From assembly GCA_004764695.1 (NCBI GenBank), contig SMSO01000014.1, positions 1 through 32,426 of the forward strand: DNA of 32,426 nt, written 5' to 3'. A model generated the notes under the pieces. It ran no database searches. It had not been told where the DNA came from and saw only the letters and a program-made list of their open reading frames with translations. This document shows, in pieces, positions 1 to 13,179 of this stretch. A program made the position numbers and the translations under genes. Positions within the stretch are counted from its first letter, which is position 1; every line of letters begins with the position of its first letter. This stretch comes from Schizochytrium sp. TIO01. Lineage: Eukaryota > Protista > Bigyra: Labyrinthulomycetes.

Positions 1-299
1 TTTTTGTTCCATTTCTTTGTATAGCTTCTTCATCTATCCCGACTTTCGAAACGATAGGGAACTTCATACTTAACGTAAAATGCCATATCACTTCCATACC
101 TTGCTAGTGGAAATAAGTTGGTGGCTGTCGGCACTGCACCAATTTGAAACTACCTCAATTAACTCCCTCCCTGTTCACATCCCTTTTTTACTTTTAGATT
201 AAAAGATCGAATATCTCCCCATGAACATATAGTTCAATTATGGCAATTACGGCTATTTACTTATTATATTAGAGAATAAAATGTCAACCTAGAAGTTAT

Positions 300-1538
300 G
301 TCGTGAATCTTGGTTGATTGAGGAACCCAGCGCAGACAAAGAAGCACCCGTGAGGACAAGGGTAAGCCCAGGTGGTGAACGAAGAGGTCGCATGCGCGGG
401 GCGCAGTCGCAGCTCTTTGGGAAAGTAAAGCTCGTGTAAGTAAGTTAGGTTAGCTAGGTGGAGGCTAAGAAGTCTTGACTAATGTGGCTGGTGAGACTTG
501 AGTTACTTTGGGTAATTTGGGTGTGCTTGCTTGCGGAGGTTCTTCTTCTTGGAGAGGTATGCTGTTTCCTTATTGTACGTTAGCGTGCACAAAAAAAGGA
601 TATTGTTTATATATAAAAAAGGTTTTCAATTAGAGGGTATACCTCCTTTCACTTTTCTTTTTAGAGAAAATAGTAAAAGAGATCTTTAATTTGAAAGAAG
701 TCAAAGTTTTCTCTGTTTTATTTCTTGATATGAAATGCAAGGCGAACACATTCATTCAGCAGTTTGTATAGAAATGAAATAGATTAGAGGGTCATGGTAT
801 CCCTGCAATGCTCTCAATCCCACTATTAATCAGAACATGTAGTTATTTAACACCCCTTCTACTGGGCCAAGGTTTCCCCTTTCCCTTTTTCCCTTAGGCC
901 CAAGAGTAACAGCAAAGGACAAAAGTTGTATGTAAAATATTTTCTCCAGCAGATTGAAGACAATCAAATCTGAAACAGCTTTCTTAAATACAGCAACATT
1001 TACATCACTGTATTTCGAAACAATGACAGGCACCAAGAACTCTTACTTTGTCCTGGCCCTCTCGGCTATTTCTATACAAGTTGTCTAATGAATGCATTCG
1101 CCTTACGTTCCATATCAAGAAAAAAAACAGAGAAAACTTTTACTTCTTTCAAGTTAAAGATTTATTTTCTGTTTAAAGGAAAGTTAAAAGAAATACCTTT
1201 TAATCGAAATTTTTTTAGAGATTAAAATATCTCCTCTTATCGTGCACGCTATCGTGCAACAGGGAAACTGCATACCTCTCCAAGAAGAAGAAGCTCCACA
1301 AGAAAGCACACCCAAATTACCCAAAATAACTCAAGTCTTAACGGCCACATCAGTCAAGACTTCTTAGCCTCCGCCTAGCTAACCTAACTTACTCACACGA
1401 GCTTAGTTTTCTCAAAGAGCTGCGACTGCGCTCCACGCACGCAACCTCTTCGTTCACCGTTCTGAAGGCTAGCCTATCTTTCCACGGATCCCTTCTTTCG
1501 TCTCTCATATTGGCTCTCAATCAACTGGGGAACGCGAC
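300..1538. repeat. Long diverged inverted repeat: arms ~300-795 and ~1053-1538, spacer ~260 bp
   Basis: The left arm (e.g. gtaagttaggttagctaggtggaggctaagaagtcttgact; ttcttcttcttggagaggtatgc; aaagttttctctgtttt) matches the reverse complement of the right arm (agtcaagacttcttagcctccgcctagctaacctaacttac; gcatacctctccaagaagaagaa; aaaacagagaaaacttt) collinearly over ~500 bp, with scattered substitutions and indels. Arm ends are approximate. Confidence 0.85.
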
Positions 1539-2054
1539 AAAAATTCAATACAAAGAATGCAATCAATTGACACTATGTGTGAATCAGATCTATCGCTCGA
1601 GAACACTTAACAAGAGATTTAGACAGCAAATGCATATTTTACCCTTCAAATACCTGTGTATTTTTTTCCTAGTCGCTTAGGGTATACCCTTTAGTCTGAC
1701 TCAGAGTAATAATTTGCGGTACATTGTCTTGTGTCACAAAGACAAGAAAAATTATCAACTTTGACCCGGTGAAACCTAATCTTTGTAAATCTGTCCTCCG
1801 TCAGAAGAAGCAAACAACCATCTCCCCCTCGCTTCTCCCAGCCAACGCTTAGGTTAGAACACGCAAGGTCATTCGCAGAGCCTTTCACTTTACACTCAAA
1901 CAAACAAAAAAATACTGTGTCAAACTATCTCATCGTGCAAATTGTTAACTCTACTTCCAGGTACCAAAATTTTTTAAGTTCTTGTCAAAGTATATAACTT
2001 GACTATCTGCAAGTTTCTGAATCGTTCCCATCAGAAACTTGATTGTCATGTTGT

Positions 2055-2450
2055 TGAGATCTCCAATCGAAGGAGCTACTGGATAAGACATTACTAGAGT
2101 TCTTGGTGTCCCTTTGCAAAACCCCATTAGACATAAGGTTTACAATAGAGCAAGAATAGGCAGCCAGTAACTAAAAGTGTGAATACACATTAACTACACC
2201 CAAGCGTGGTTTAGCTTGAATCGATGGTTGGAGAAGGTGGATAAACCTAACTCCATCGATTATCTCTAACCACATTCAAGAATGTCTTAATCTTCCTAAC
2301 TACTACATGAATCCATCTGTCCTGGAATTCATTCCCCAGGACAACAGTTCGCTAACACTTAAATCAACCTTCTTATAACTTTTATCAAGCTTCTTGCCTT
2401 CATCTTTACAGTCAACCTCAAGCTAATCAGTATCACCTTTCAGCACATGT
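2055..2450. repeat. Dispersed direct repeat, copy 1 (copy 2 at 12721-13179)
   Basis: Long shared blocks such as ggtttagcttgaatcgatggttgga, attatctctaaccacattcaagaatgtcttaatc and ctacatgaatccatctgtcctggaattcatt. Offset 10,666 bp. Confidence 0.9.
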
Positions 2451-3779
2451 CTTAGTAGAGAATACTTTCCGAAGGAAATAAAATAAGTCTTACTGGGAGA
2501 GAGACACGAGCATAGGTATAAGCGAAGGCTACGCTTCCAGATACTCTTCTTCGTAGCACTTGAACAATCACCTTTTGTGCAATTCCTTCTTTTTGATATA
2601 TTCTTTTATATTTTCTTGAGCTTGGAGGAAAGACGACATGAACAAAGATCTGATTAAAATTGCTAGTTCGTTAAAGACAGTTGCATTATGAAGAAAAGGT
2701 ACTTTCTAACTATATCGTACCATTTTATTATGACTTAGGGAGTGGTTATAATTCTTAGGGGGGTAATGGGCATAAATAGCTCAGTGTCATCAGTCAAATA
2801 ATTGATATCTCTTAGTGTCTCTTTCATCCTCAAAGACGTTGGTGAGGCAACCTGACCTTTAACTTGATTTCTCCAAATTTAGTCCTATGAATAATAAAAA
2901 AATCATACCACAAACACAAAGGGAACAAGCCAAACCTGCAACCATATGTGGCATCCACTTGCTTGAGACACATGCCCCGACAAGAACGATCAAGGTTATC
3001 AAGTCACAACTGCACAATTATATTGCTAAGGGGCTATAAAAAGGCGTGACTAGTGACCACTCGTCAATATCTAGTATACCCCGGTCCCATATATAGATAA
3101 CCTCTTGACATATATTAAATTTTGTGGTCTTTTCTTGTTATGTAGCATGACCATTCTTTCCATACTAACCAGTCAGATGGAAACGGGACTTAAAAGCTAA
3201 AGAGAACCCTATACTCCAGTAACAGGATGGGTTGTGCGTTGCTTCAAGTGTGTCGATACCAAATAAGCGAAATTGACTGTTGATCGACTAGTTTTCTTTT
3301 TAGTAAGGCATTCAATTCTTTATTACCGTATAAAGGAATACATTATTTATTATGACCCAGCATTGCTATATTTATAAAAGTTGCACTTGATCTTATTCGT
3401 GGTGTTTCCCCTCGGTAACACAACAATATTTTAATCTTGGTTTTGACCTAGAACATGCGTAGGCAACTTAGATGCCGTTTCTTAGCTAACGAAGAAGAGA
3501 CTGTGGGTAAAAGCAAGAATAAGTTATCCGAGGGAGCTGAGGCTGGTGAGTACGTAACGGGTCTCATCTGGAATAAGTTTCCACGTACTAGATCAATTAC
3601 GTCTTTGTTCGCATCGGCTTTGACAAGGCCAGAAGAAATTTTTGAGTAAAGCTAGCAACAGGTATGAGCAGTAAGAGCTTGATGAGCAGAATTAAAATTT
3701 TGATAAACTGGAAGCTGTAAACGTTGATTTAATTAAACCATTCTAAAGAATACGTTGTCCTTTCATGTTTGAATCAAAG

Positions 3780-4579
3780 TGACTTCAAGAATTCTCTTTC
3801 ATTTGTTCCCAGTACCCAAAGTGTATGGTTAAGATGCGTTTTTCGAATTTTAGAAGATTGTACCAAAGAATGAAGGGTTATCGTAATTATAGAGCGGATA
3901 GGTGATCTATGTTGCTTGAAAGCGCTGAACATCCTCAATGATGAAGAAAGCGCAACCCTACAGTGGAGCTGCATTTCGTTATGACAGATGCACACAACGT
4001 CCATTGCAGAGAACGGCCGTAGCTTGGTGAGAAACTTGCACTGATAGATATGATTCAACACCAGAAACAGCAGCAAAGAGCCTTAGAAAATTGCTACTAT
4101 TTAATAAGCATGCATAGTTGACGTTATCAATTATTGGCTTGCTTAGAAATGCTATTTCTTTATTAGCATTACGCGAAACCAAATAGATATTTACAATTCT
4201 GCGGCTTGTGCTAAGCACTACGCAGGCCGACAGCTCTGAAGACCTTCTCTTGAAAATCCAGTAAATGCTCATTGTTTTGTTCACCTGCACGTAGAACTTC
4301 TGTGCGCCTTTGGATTTCTTTCCAAGCCCAGGCTGCTGCTTGGGTTGTTGCCTACATCATCGCAATAAACAAAAGATGATTCAAAGCGGTTGGTACAAAA
4401 CAGGTAGTTTTTTAACATAACATCCTTCGACTAGGTTTAGGTTTTATGCGTGCTGTCCTTCCATCGATGCCCACCCTAGCAGTAGCTGGTGGCTATGCCG
4501 CCGCTTTTACTGCAGTTTCGATACAGTTTTTGCAAAGTCTCCCTCCCTCCTCGCAGCTCATGCTCTCAGAAAGCAGACC
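3780..4579 (-). pseudogene. Decayed RING/Rcat (RBR-like) tail of gene A
   Basis: Downstream of the TAA at 4580-4582 the minus strand still aligns with gene B's RING region (agctgcgaggaggga, gaaactgcagta, cgctttgaatcatctttt, gtactggga), but with frameshifts and growing divergence. The lower boundary is approximate. Confidence 0.8.
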
Positions 4580-7500
4580 TTACTCCGTAAAATCAAGACA
4601 TATCTTGCCAGGGATCTTGGGAGCTCCAAAAGCTTCATGTTGGAGTGCTTCAAGAGCACTTGGACGCTGACAAGGGTCTGTTGCTGTAAGAGCATCGATA
4701 AGTGTCTGCATTTCAGCGGTCCGCTCAGTAGGATACAGATCCTTTAAGCATATGCCCACAGAGTACATGTCCATCGCTGTTTCAAACTTATCTACGGGCT
4801 CATTCAGCAACTCAGGGGCACTGTACCGTGACGGTGCTTGGAGTGATACGTAAGTTGCAGTGTAATCTGCGATCTTGATTCCGTCAAAGTCACCGATCAA
4901 TGGCGTCCCGTTGCTTGTGAGGAAAATGTTTTCTGGTTTGATGTCACAATGCACAATGCCGTGGGTATGTAAATCTGCCACACCGATAAGCAGGCCTACA
5001 GCAAGTCGGTCGCGTGCTGCTTTACCTTCGTTAGGATGACTCTCAATCCACTTGGCAAGGTCACCTTGCTCGTAGTAAGGCATAATGATACAGCCACATT
5101 CCTCTCCATTAGAAGAATCCATAAAAACGCCAGTAATATGTATCAAATGCTGAGACATCACTTTCCTCATATTTGCAGCTTGTTTGTAGAAGGTTTTGGA
5201 TTGACCTGGATCTCCAAGTTGAAACTGTTTGAGGACTAGAACTTCACCATCTCCATCAAGTACTTTCTGAACTCTCTTGTTACCTTTGGAAGCAAAGGGG
5301 TCGCCAACAGGCTGGAAGTCCGAAACTGTTACATTCGTCAACCAAAGATCAGAACAAGCTACTTCCAAAACACCCTCTGCACTTACATGAAACCTTTCTA
5401 GCCATGCTCTGTCCTGCAATAGCTCAGGATAATGTTCCTGTGCGTGTTTTAGGGTTTCAGCAAGCTTATGGCGAAAACGTTTGCTAAGCATGATAGGATT
5501 TCCTTGAGAGAGCATGAGCTCATATTTCTTGATATGACTCCTATGATGCTCTAGTTCTTCCTCATTCAGGTCTTCTGCTTTGAGTTCTTCTTTAACTCTC
5601 TTCAAACTTTCCGTCGCTTTCCTCGATTTGTCAAGTTTCTGGTATAATGCCTCAACGTCTAAGGCATTTGGTTCTTTCAAACCCAGCACTACATAGTCAT
5701 ATAGTTCAGAGACCTCCTCTGTGGAGTACTTGCTCGCTTCATTCAGCACAGTGCTTTCTGAGTATACTTCAAAACGAGCAAATGTTGAACTTATTGCGCA
5801 AAGTATTTCGGACAAGTGGGCACTAAGTGTGTCGCTTCGTAAAACTTCGAGCTCTTCCTGTAGAGCATACTCAAGTTCACTTAATTCGGTCTCGAGCTCT
5901 ATGGCCCGCTCAGGTGTGCTCAGAGCAACCCATAATCCATCACCAAGTTCTAGCTCAGTCAGTCGAGAGATGACGCTTTTTACAGCTTGTTGGCTTCGAT
6001 CGCCAATGTTTCTTGGTCGACCTTCTCCATATTTTTTGTACTCTTCGATGCACTTGGTGGCCTGGCCCACGAGCTCTTGGCAGTATTTAAAGTCAGCTGT
6101 ACATGTCTCTTCAGTGACTGGTGCAATGTTGATATTTAGATCCTGTACCAAACTTTCGGTCCTCACTTTGAATTCACGCACTGCATCCTCATCACTTTTG
6201 CAAAGCTTTGCGCGAACCCATGGGTATACAACCTCCAAAAGCGAATGAAGGCGATCTCGCTCAGCATTCCGCTTTTCGGTGAGACTGGGCAAGCCATCAG
6301 CAGAGCATGCGCGAATATGGCCTTGTAGTGCGTCAAGACTCTCTTTGGAGTTCTTGATCTCAGCGGAAACCTGTCGCAACTTCACTTGGCCAAAGTAGCC
6401 CTGTATCGCTGGTCCTACGAATTCCTCAAGCAAGGCAATTCCAGTCTGCAAAGAGTTTCCTCTGACCCCGCCTCGGCCGGCGCGCAAATCCGAGACTTTC
6501 TTGGCAAGGTTTACAACATCAGCGAAACTCACGCTCGTGCCATCCAGCCGTTCTCTGAGCCGAGCAAGAAGATGTAAAACAACAAGCAAAGAGAAGATAG
6601 CAGAAGCAATAAGAGAGGCAGAGGCAAAAGTTAGGATCCCCTATATCTCAACAACACAATTCGTAGAATGAATGATCACAATTCCAAACACAGAAACCGC
6701 ATGAACTTACCCACATCTATCTGGACCACAAGGTTCCGTAGCAAGCCCTGCGCCATCTTTCTTGACCTTGGACCCTACAGAAGGCTCACGTTCTGCCGCC
6801 TCTGTGGGGGCACAGGAATCGGTGTCTGAAGAGGAATTAATGTCCTCTCCAGGAGAACACACATCCACGAACAATTCTTTTGGGGTTAAAGGCGAATAAT
6901 GATTGTAGAAACTGCGTTGTGAAAGAATGAAAGAATAAAAACGCTTGTTAGAATACGGTGAACGCAGCATTCAAAGAGGGCCTCGAAAGTTCGCGGAGAG
7001 TGAGAGAACCAACTAAGGCAAGGTTCTGCGCAAGGCATTGTGCAAGCTGGGAACAACAGCGGAGGAGATTGAACTTACAAAATTTGAACAGAAGGACACG
7101 ATTTGTGCAGAGACTTTGCGACGGCTTTTGCGCCCTCATCGCTAATGTTGTTGTCAGAAAGGCTGTGAGTATATATTAATAAGTTCATTCGTTGTCAGCA
7201 AAGGCAAATTTCAAGACAGTCAGTGATTAGATTGATCCTCTTAATTTTCACAATTTTAAAAATCACAGGAGAAGTCTTCTTCCGTTGTGCACGTCTCTCC
7301 ATCACAATTTCGTGAATAGAACACTAACATTCCTTTTTCCTTTTTCCTTTTTCCTTTCTTTCTTCTCTTAAATTAAAAACAAGTTCTTTCCTTTCTACAA
7401 TACTCAACTACTGGGACTACTAGAAGAATTTCGTTTTGGTCCCTATTCTCAGAACACCACCAAAAAAAAAAATGAGGCCTAACTACGCCTTAGCTTTCCG

Positions 7501-8489
7501 AGGATTCCACAAACGTACTACAGGTCTTTGAGGTTCTTGCATCCCTTCAGCGCCTTTGCAACAACCTTTGCACCCTCATCCCCAATGTTGTTTCCGTTAA
7601 GACTGTGAGTGTATGTGAATAAGTTCATTCGTTGGCAGGGAGGAAACAGTTTAAGACAGTCAGTGATTCGATGGATCCTCTTCTTTTCAAGTTTAATAAA
7701 ATCATCACAAAATCATTGTTCTTCCTTTGCTCTCTTCTGCTAATTTAACTGCTCTCTCTATCGCATTTAATTAAAGAAAACTCTAGGTTTACTTTTTCCC
7801 TCTCTCTTATAAAAACGTTCCCTTCTTTTTATACAACTCGATTACATAAGGTGGTTTCGTTTGGATTATCTTTTTCAAAACACCCCCCCAAAGAAGAAAG
7901 AGAGCAATCGTACGGGGTACGAGCCTAGCCTTTCGTAGATTACACAAACGTACCCCAGTCGTTGAAGGTTCTTGCATCCCTCCAGTGCCTGTGCGACGGC
8001 TTTTGCGCCCTCATCGCCGATGTTGTTATCTCTAAGACTGTAATTACATATGAACAAGTTCATTCGTTATCAGGAACAGCACAACCCAGCACAGTCAGTG
8101 GTTCGATTGATCCTCCTCTTTTTCAATTTGGAAAAGGATAATCACAGGAGAAGTCTTCTTCCGTTCTGCTCGTTTCTCCACTTTTCTCTGTATTCCATGA
8201 ACGTACTACAAGTCTTCAAGGTTGTTGCATCCCTTTGCTTTTACTGCGACGGTTTTTGCGCCCTCATCGCCAATGCTTTTCCAACTTATACTGTGTTTGT
8301 TGGTGAGCAAGGTAGAGTTAGTATGTGCGATCTCCAACTTCAATAGTGCAACTACAAAACTATTCTTCTACAGAACTAACTTGCTCTTTACACCGATCAC
8401 GCGGTACATTCTTCTTCTGTCTCCTCCTGCACTTACTATATTTCCGTCGTATCTTCTCTAATGTCCTCAATTCTGCGTGCGCCAGTCAT
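4580..8489 (-). CDS. Gene A: 4 RNI-like LRRs, acidic linker, helical/coiled-coil region, Ser/Thr-type protein kinase; C-terminal E3 module lost (~854 aa, 7 exons)
   Basis: Manual splicing, all introns GT..AG and phase 2. Exons: 8489-8437 (MTGARRIEDIREDTTEI), 8290-8207 (ISWKSIGDEGAKTVAVKAKGCNNLEDL), 8037-7954 (LRDNNIGDEGAKAVAQALEGCKNLQRL), 7602-7519 (LNGNNIGDEGAKVVAKALKGCKNLKDL), 7162-7079 (LSDNNISDEGAKAVAKSLHKSCPSVQI), 6911-6711, 6554-4580. Kinase motifs: VLK, HCDIKPEN, DFD, APE, DMYSVG. The exon structure mirrors gene B. Confidence 0.85.
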
Positions 8490-8810
8490 CGTCTTTGAGC
8501 AGTGTCACCTTTGATGGATGGAGCAAACGAATTGATCAACCACGTTGATTGTCTTTTTTGCTTTGTCTTTGCTTTGTTTTGACACTCAAAGGAGAGAGTA
8601 GCTTGTTTATTGCACTACTGATCAGGAACGAAGACTTCTTCTTCTGAGCAGTAAGGAAGGAGAAGCGGACCCGGCGCGACGCCTCGTGACTGCGTCAGCA
8701 GAGCAAGCCACGCCCACGAGCAACCAACGCGTGGAGGGGTGTGGGAGGTTGCGGGGGCGAAAAAACTGTGAGCTCACGCTGCCTCGTGTTTCGAGTTTGA
8801 GAAGGATTGC
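8490..8810 (-). promoter_or_regulatory. Putative promoter/5'UTR of gene A, conserved with gene B upstream region
   Basis: Aligns with 20904-21280 (gtgtcacctttgatggatgga, ctgatcaggaacg, aacgcgtggaggggtgtgg, gcgggggcg, cgctgcctcgtgtt). Homology stops beyond this point. The regulatory role is inferred from position only. Confidence 0.5.
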
Positions 8811-11316
8811 CTATTTTATTTTAGATTGAGTAGTGGTTAGGGCCTACTACTACTACGTATTACCTTTCATTCCTTTCTTGTTTTAAGGTGCTTCGCCCCT
8901 TTCCGCTTAAGGTGCTTTCATTAGTTTCCAGTATCTTTTTAATTAATGATATTAATTAATAATAATAATAGTAATAAAATTTAATATTTAAAAAAAAAAA
9001 TTAAAAACAAAAAACTGTTTCCAAAAAGGGACAACAACTTGAAGTCGTTTTTTATTGCTATCACATTAGTGTTTACAGCTTGGTCCAATTTTTTGCACAC
9101 AAATGAACAATAAGTGTATAGTCAACGAGGGAACGACCTGCTACAACACTGTCAAGGTTCATTCAGTCTGTCAGAAATTACATTTTAATACCTATATCAG
9201 AGATCCAGAGTCTTATGTTCGAGCTTGGACCCAGGGGTCAAAACAATGATTACAGGGAGAGGATGGGCGTCTGGAGTGCCCCCCTCCTCCCCCCTTTAAA
9301 TCTCAATGTCTGTCCTTCGATATTATCCAATACATTTCAAGCTAACGTAGCATAGTATATAACCTCATGATGATGTGCAGTAGGTCGAAGATTCTCGCGA
9401 AATGACAAACCCGAGGTTCGACTTTAGCTGTACAATTCTGCTTTAACACATTAAATAACGTGCACTGTGCAAACAATTGGATCTGGTCCCCCAGCCCACC
9501 CGTCCTTCCGTACTCAGAGAATGTCAGCAAAAGGAATGAAGACCTCTTCAAGCACGTAGAGATGAGAGATAATCTCCTTCCATACTCTCAAGTACCAGAT
9601 CAGAAATGTAAACCTCTCCGTCAGAGGTACGGAATGCGATCCGACCACGTCGAGTTTGTGCCTCAGAGTTTTGATGCTTTGTACGGCTTGGCGTCCATGT
9701 TCACTTTAAGCCTTCATTCGAAAGAAGGTACTGCCTCATTAGGGGCCTCAAGAACCTTTGGAGTCCTCAGCAATTCAAAGATACCTATCGTAGCCCTTTG
9801 AAACATCTCCCTTAGTTCTTTGACGCTAAACTCCTTTTAGTTGCTTCTAAGTGTATGCACAAGACTTGCATCAGCTGATCGTGAAAGCTTCTGCGAGGAA
9901 TTCTCTTGACGTGTATAAAGCGCTGATCCAATGTACCAAACATTTCTCTGGGTCATAGATTTCAAATTGTATTCTGTTCAAAAGAATCTTCGACAACAGC
10001 CTTAGTCGTCCGATTTATAGTTGGTTGTGATTTAATAATGTCAATACAAAATAATCATCAGGCTGGAGTATCGTTCGAAAAAAAGGTTCAATGTGTTCTT
10101 TGCGTCGACATTCTTCTCCCTGAGAGTACTTGTAAATTAAATCCCAGCGTAACTAGTTCACTCCGTGTTAAATGTGACATATAAAACTGTTTCACGACAT
10201 GCTGTGTACGAAACTCTTTGAATTAGCAGCAGCGTATGGTATTCCACGTACTTCAGATACTTCATCCCTTGGGTTATCTGGCTTATAAAACATTTGTACA
10301 TTACGGTTCTGTGATACATTCTTGAGTGCAGACAATTCGTTACTTGCAAGTTCTCTTTCAACTCGACAAACTTTTCTTGAACCTGCCTCTAGCTACAGGA
10401 AGAATGCATCAGCTTGTGGCTGTGGAAGCACCTTGGTATCTTCACCCAGAACATGCTAGGCTACGGGGTTAGATACCAGCACCAAATACTTTCAAACATG
10501 CCAAGACTTTATGATACCTGGACTCCTAATAATAAATGAATATTCATACTTACATCAACACTTTCATAAGACCAATGTCGTCATTTCTGAGGAATACGAT
10601 ATTGGATCCAGGCAGACTAGACATTTCTGGAAACAAACGTGGTAAGGTGAACACGTACGCCCAGCTATTCACATCGAAATTCTCTTCACTCTCGCCCACG
10701 TCAGCCTGAGCCAGGCGAAGTACGATAGGAACAGAGCAGAAGTACATGTGTGCTTAGTGAAAGTTGAATGAGTTGCCAATTTTCGAAGGTTTCAGAAGCA
10801 GCAATGCGAGTGCTCCGTTGCATTGAAACATTCAGAATTCAATTATAGTTTTTGCATCTAGAAGGCCACCTCACCTATTCGGAAGACTATTCTTTTATAG
10901 CCAAGCCAATCCTTTTTTTAATTCTCTATTTACACTGCTGAAGAGGCAAACAACTTGTAGAAGGAGATAAATGTGAATTGAATATTGGATGGAAGATGTG
11001 TACAGCACGAGTTGTTCGCCTGGAGTGTAAAACCTTCGAAGGATGCTGATCCTATGGTGACAACCTCTTTCAAAATGCTATCACTCTTGTCGATTCTGCT
11101 TTCTAGACTCATACGAATGAAGGTTGGAATCTAACCATTGTCCTGCATACAAACGATATAGTCGATGAATTGAAGGGTAGCGCCTGCCATGAGTACTAGA
11201 TGTCTTGCTGACATTATGCGCTAAGGCGATTATAATACTCACCTCTGCAAAAGAAATATTGTAACACTTTAGAGTTGCTTTCTATTCATGCTAAGTTTAA
11301 ATAGAAATGACAAAAA

Positions 11317-11434
11317 ATATTCAACACCGGGGCTTTGTATGCAGTCCCCTATAATACTACTGACCTGACCCTACGCGAGTTTACCTCTCAGTGAGGATGA
11401 GTTGAGGTGTTACCCGCGTGGTATGATCGAATGT
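11317..11434 (-). rRNA. 5S rRNA: 5S rRNA, diverged copy (possible pseudogene)
   Basis: 118 bp with about 11 substitutions relative to the 22163-22280 copy, including one in terminal helix I. Followed by a T-run on the minus strand. Confidence 0.75.
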
Positions 11435-12720
11435 GACTGAGCAAGTCGAACTCTGGCATTTATACTCCAGAGCTCTATTTCATTCTTTTTATATAAAAAG
11501 TAACAACGTAGCAAGTAGCTTTCCTTTGAGTCTCTCTGGCCTCTGCTATGAAAACAAAGGCTTCCTTGCAGGCTTTCTGCTACGAAGTGTTTTATTTGTC
11601 TTTGTTGAAATACAAGCTGATGCTGAGCAACAGTAAAGTTAGTAAACAGCAAGTCTGCTCTTTTTTTTACAAAACAGAAACATGTGCCACAGGCTAACTT
11701 TATCAACAAGTGATAAGTTTCTGCTGTAGACTGACACTACTGAGAGGGAGAAACTGACACATTACTACGTCATGACTTCGCAAGGCTCAAAGGAAGACCT
11801 TCCTGACCAGACCATGGTGAAGCATGAGTCAACATAGTGATGCGTCTATGTCAGGGAACGAAGGGGACGAAGCAAACCTGAAAATGGGTTTGCAAGGCAA
11901 TCCGACAAGATTAGCAAAGCTGTAGGTCCTCTACTCTCTTGGTTGACCTTTTGAGCAATCGATTATTTATTCTGTGAATATTACAAATCTTGAGTGCATA
12001 CTTAAGAAATGCCTCATGTTTCTTTTCCAAGCACGAAATCATCGGACATGATTGAGAATTTCCAAAGCTGTCTTGTATAGGTTAATGGTTATAAGTATTT
12101 GCTTTAGTCTAGTTTACATTAAGAAAAAAAATGAAATTTTACACTGTTTTTTAGTTGTGGTGTCCCTTATTGTTGAGTTTTGCAGGTCAGAAAAGAAGAT
12201 CATATGTCGGAACTGGTGTGCCTGTTGTTTTTTGTACAGCTTGCAGTTCTGTGCTAGAATAGAAAGTCACACTTGTTCACTTAAATGTTTTCCTTTGCGT
12301 GTCCTAATCTCGCCGATATAGTTCGACTCTCCTACTAATCATTCTTCCTTTCACAGATGCAAGATACTCTACGTTCAGGATTCATTCAAGCAGCTGTGTA
12401 TCTCCTGGAAAACCACAACAAGCTAATTTCCCATGCTGGAGACAAGAAAGAGAGTTACTGGGTGCTACTATTCCTAATGAGTTAACCACCTAGTTATAGT
12501 ATCTAGAGTTGCAAAGTTGAATATAATGAGAAGTGCGTATAAAAACTAATGAAGGGACTACCGAAGCACGGTTGTGCGCATTCAGTTTGGCTGTGTACTC
12601 ACATGTGTCTCAGCTGCTTTGAAACTGACTCGAACAATAACCCTAATGTATGTTTGAAGAACAGCACAATCTTCAGTGAGCGCACAACGCTATACCATCA
12701 CAGATAACGTGGGGGAATGC

Positions 12721-13179
12721 TGAGATATCCTATCGAAGGAACTAGTGGACAAGACATTGCTAGAGTTCCTGGCGCTCCTTTGTAAAACCCAATAGAGATA
12801 AGATTTGCATTAGAACAAGAATTGGCAGCCAGACTCATGAGGTTGCTGAAGCCAATAACTAGAAGTGTGAATACACATCACGGACACCCAAGCTTGGTTT
12901 AGCTTGAATCGATGGTTGGAAAAGGTTGGATAACCTAACCCCATCAATTATCTCTAACCACATTCAAGAATGTCTTAATCTCCCTAATTACTACATGAAT
13001 CCATCTGTCCTGGAATTCATTCCTCAGGACAGCAGTTCGCTAACACTTGAATCAACCTTCTTATAACCTTCATCAAGCTTCTTGCCTTCATTCTTACAGT
13101 CAACCTCACGCTAATCAGTATCACCTTTCAGCAGGGAAGCAAACCACTTAACACTTTTGTTGAAACTCTCAGCACATGT
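12721..13179. repeat. Dispersed direct repeat, copy 2 (copy 1 at 2055-2450)
   Basis: Collinear match to 2055-2450, with two extra segments (12833-12855 and 13134-13174). Confidence 0.9.

Noticed and set aside
9340-11200. Possible decayed gene or transposon upstream of gene A
   Set aside because: Only short ORFs, with no motif I can recognise. BLASTX would be needed.
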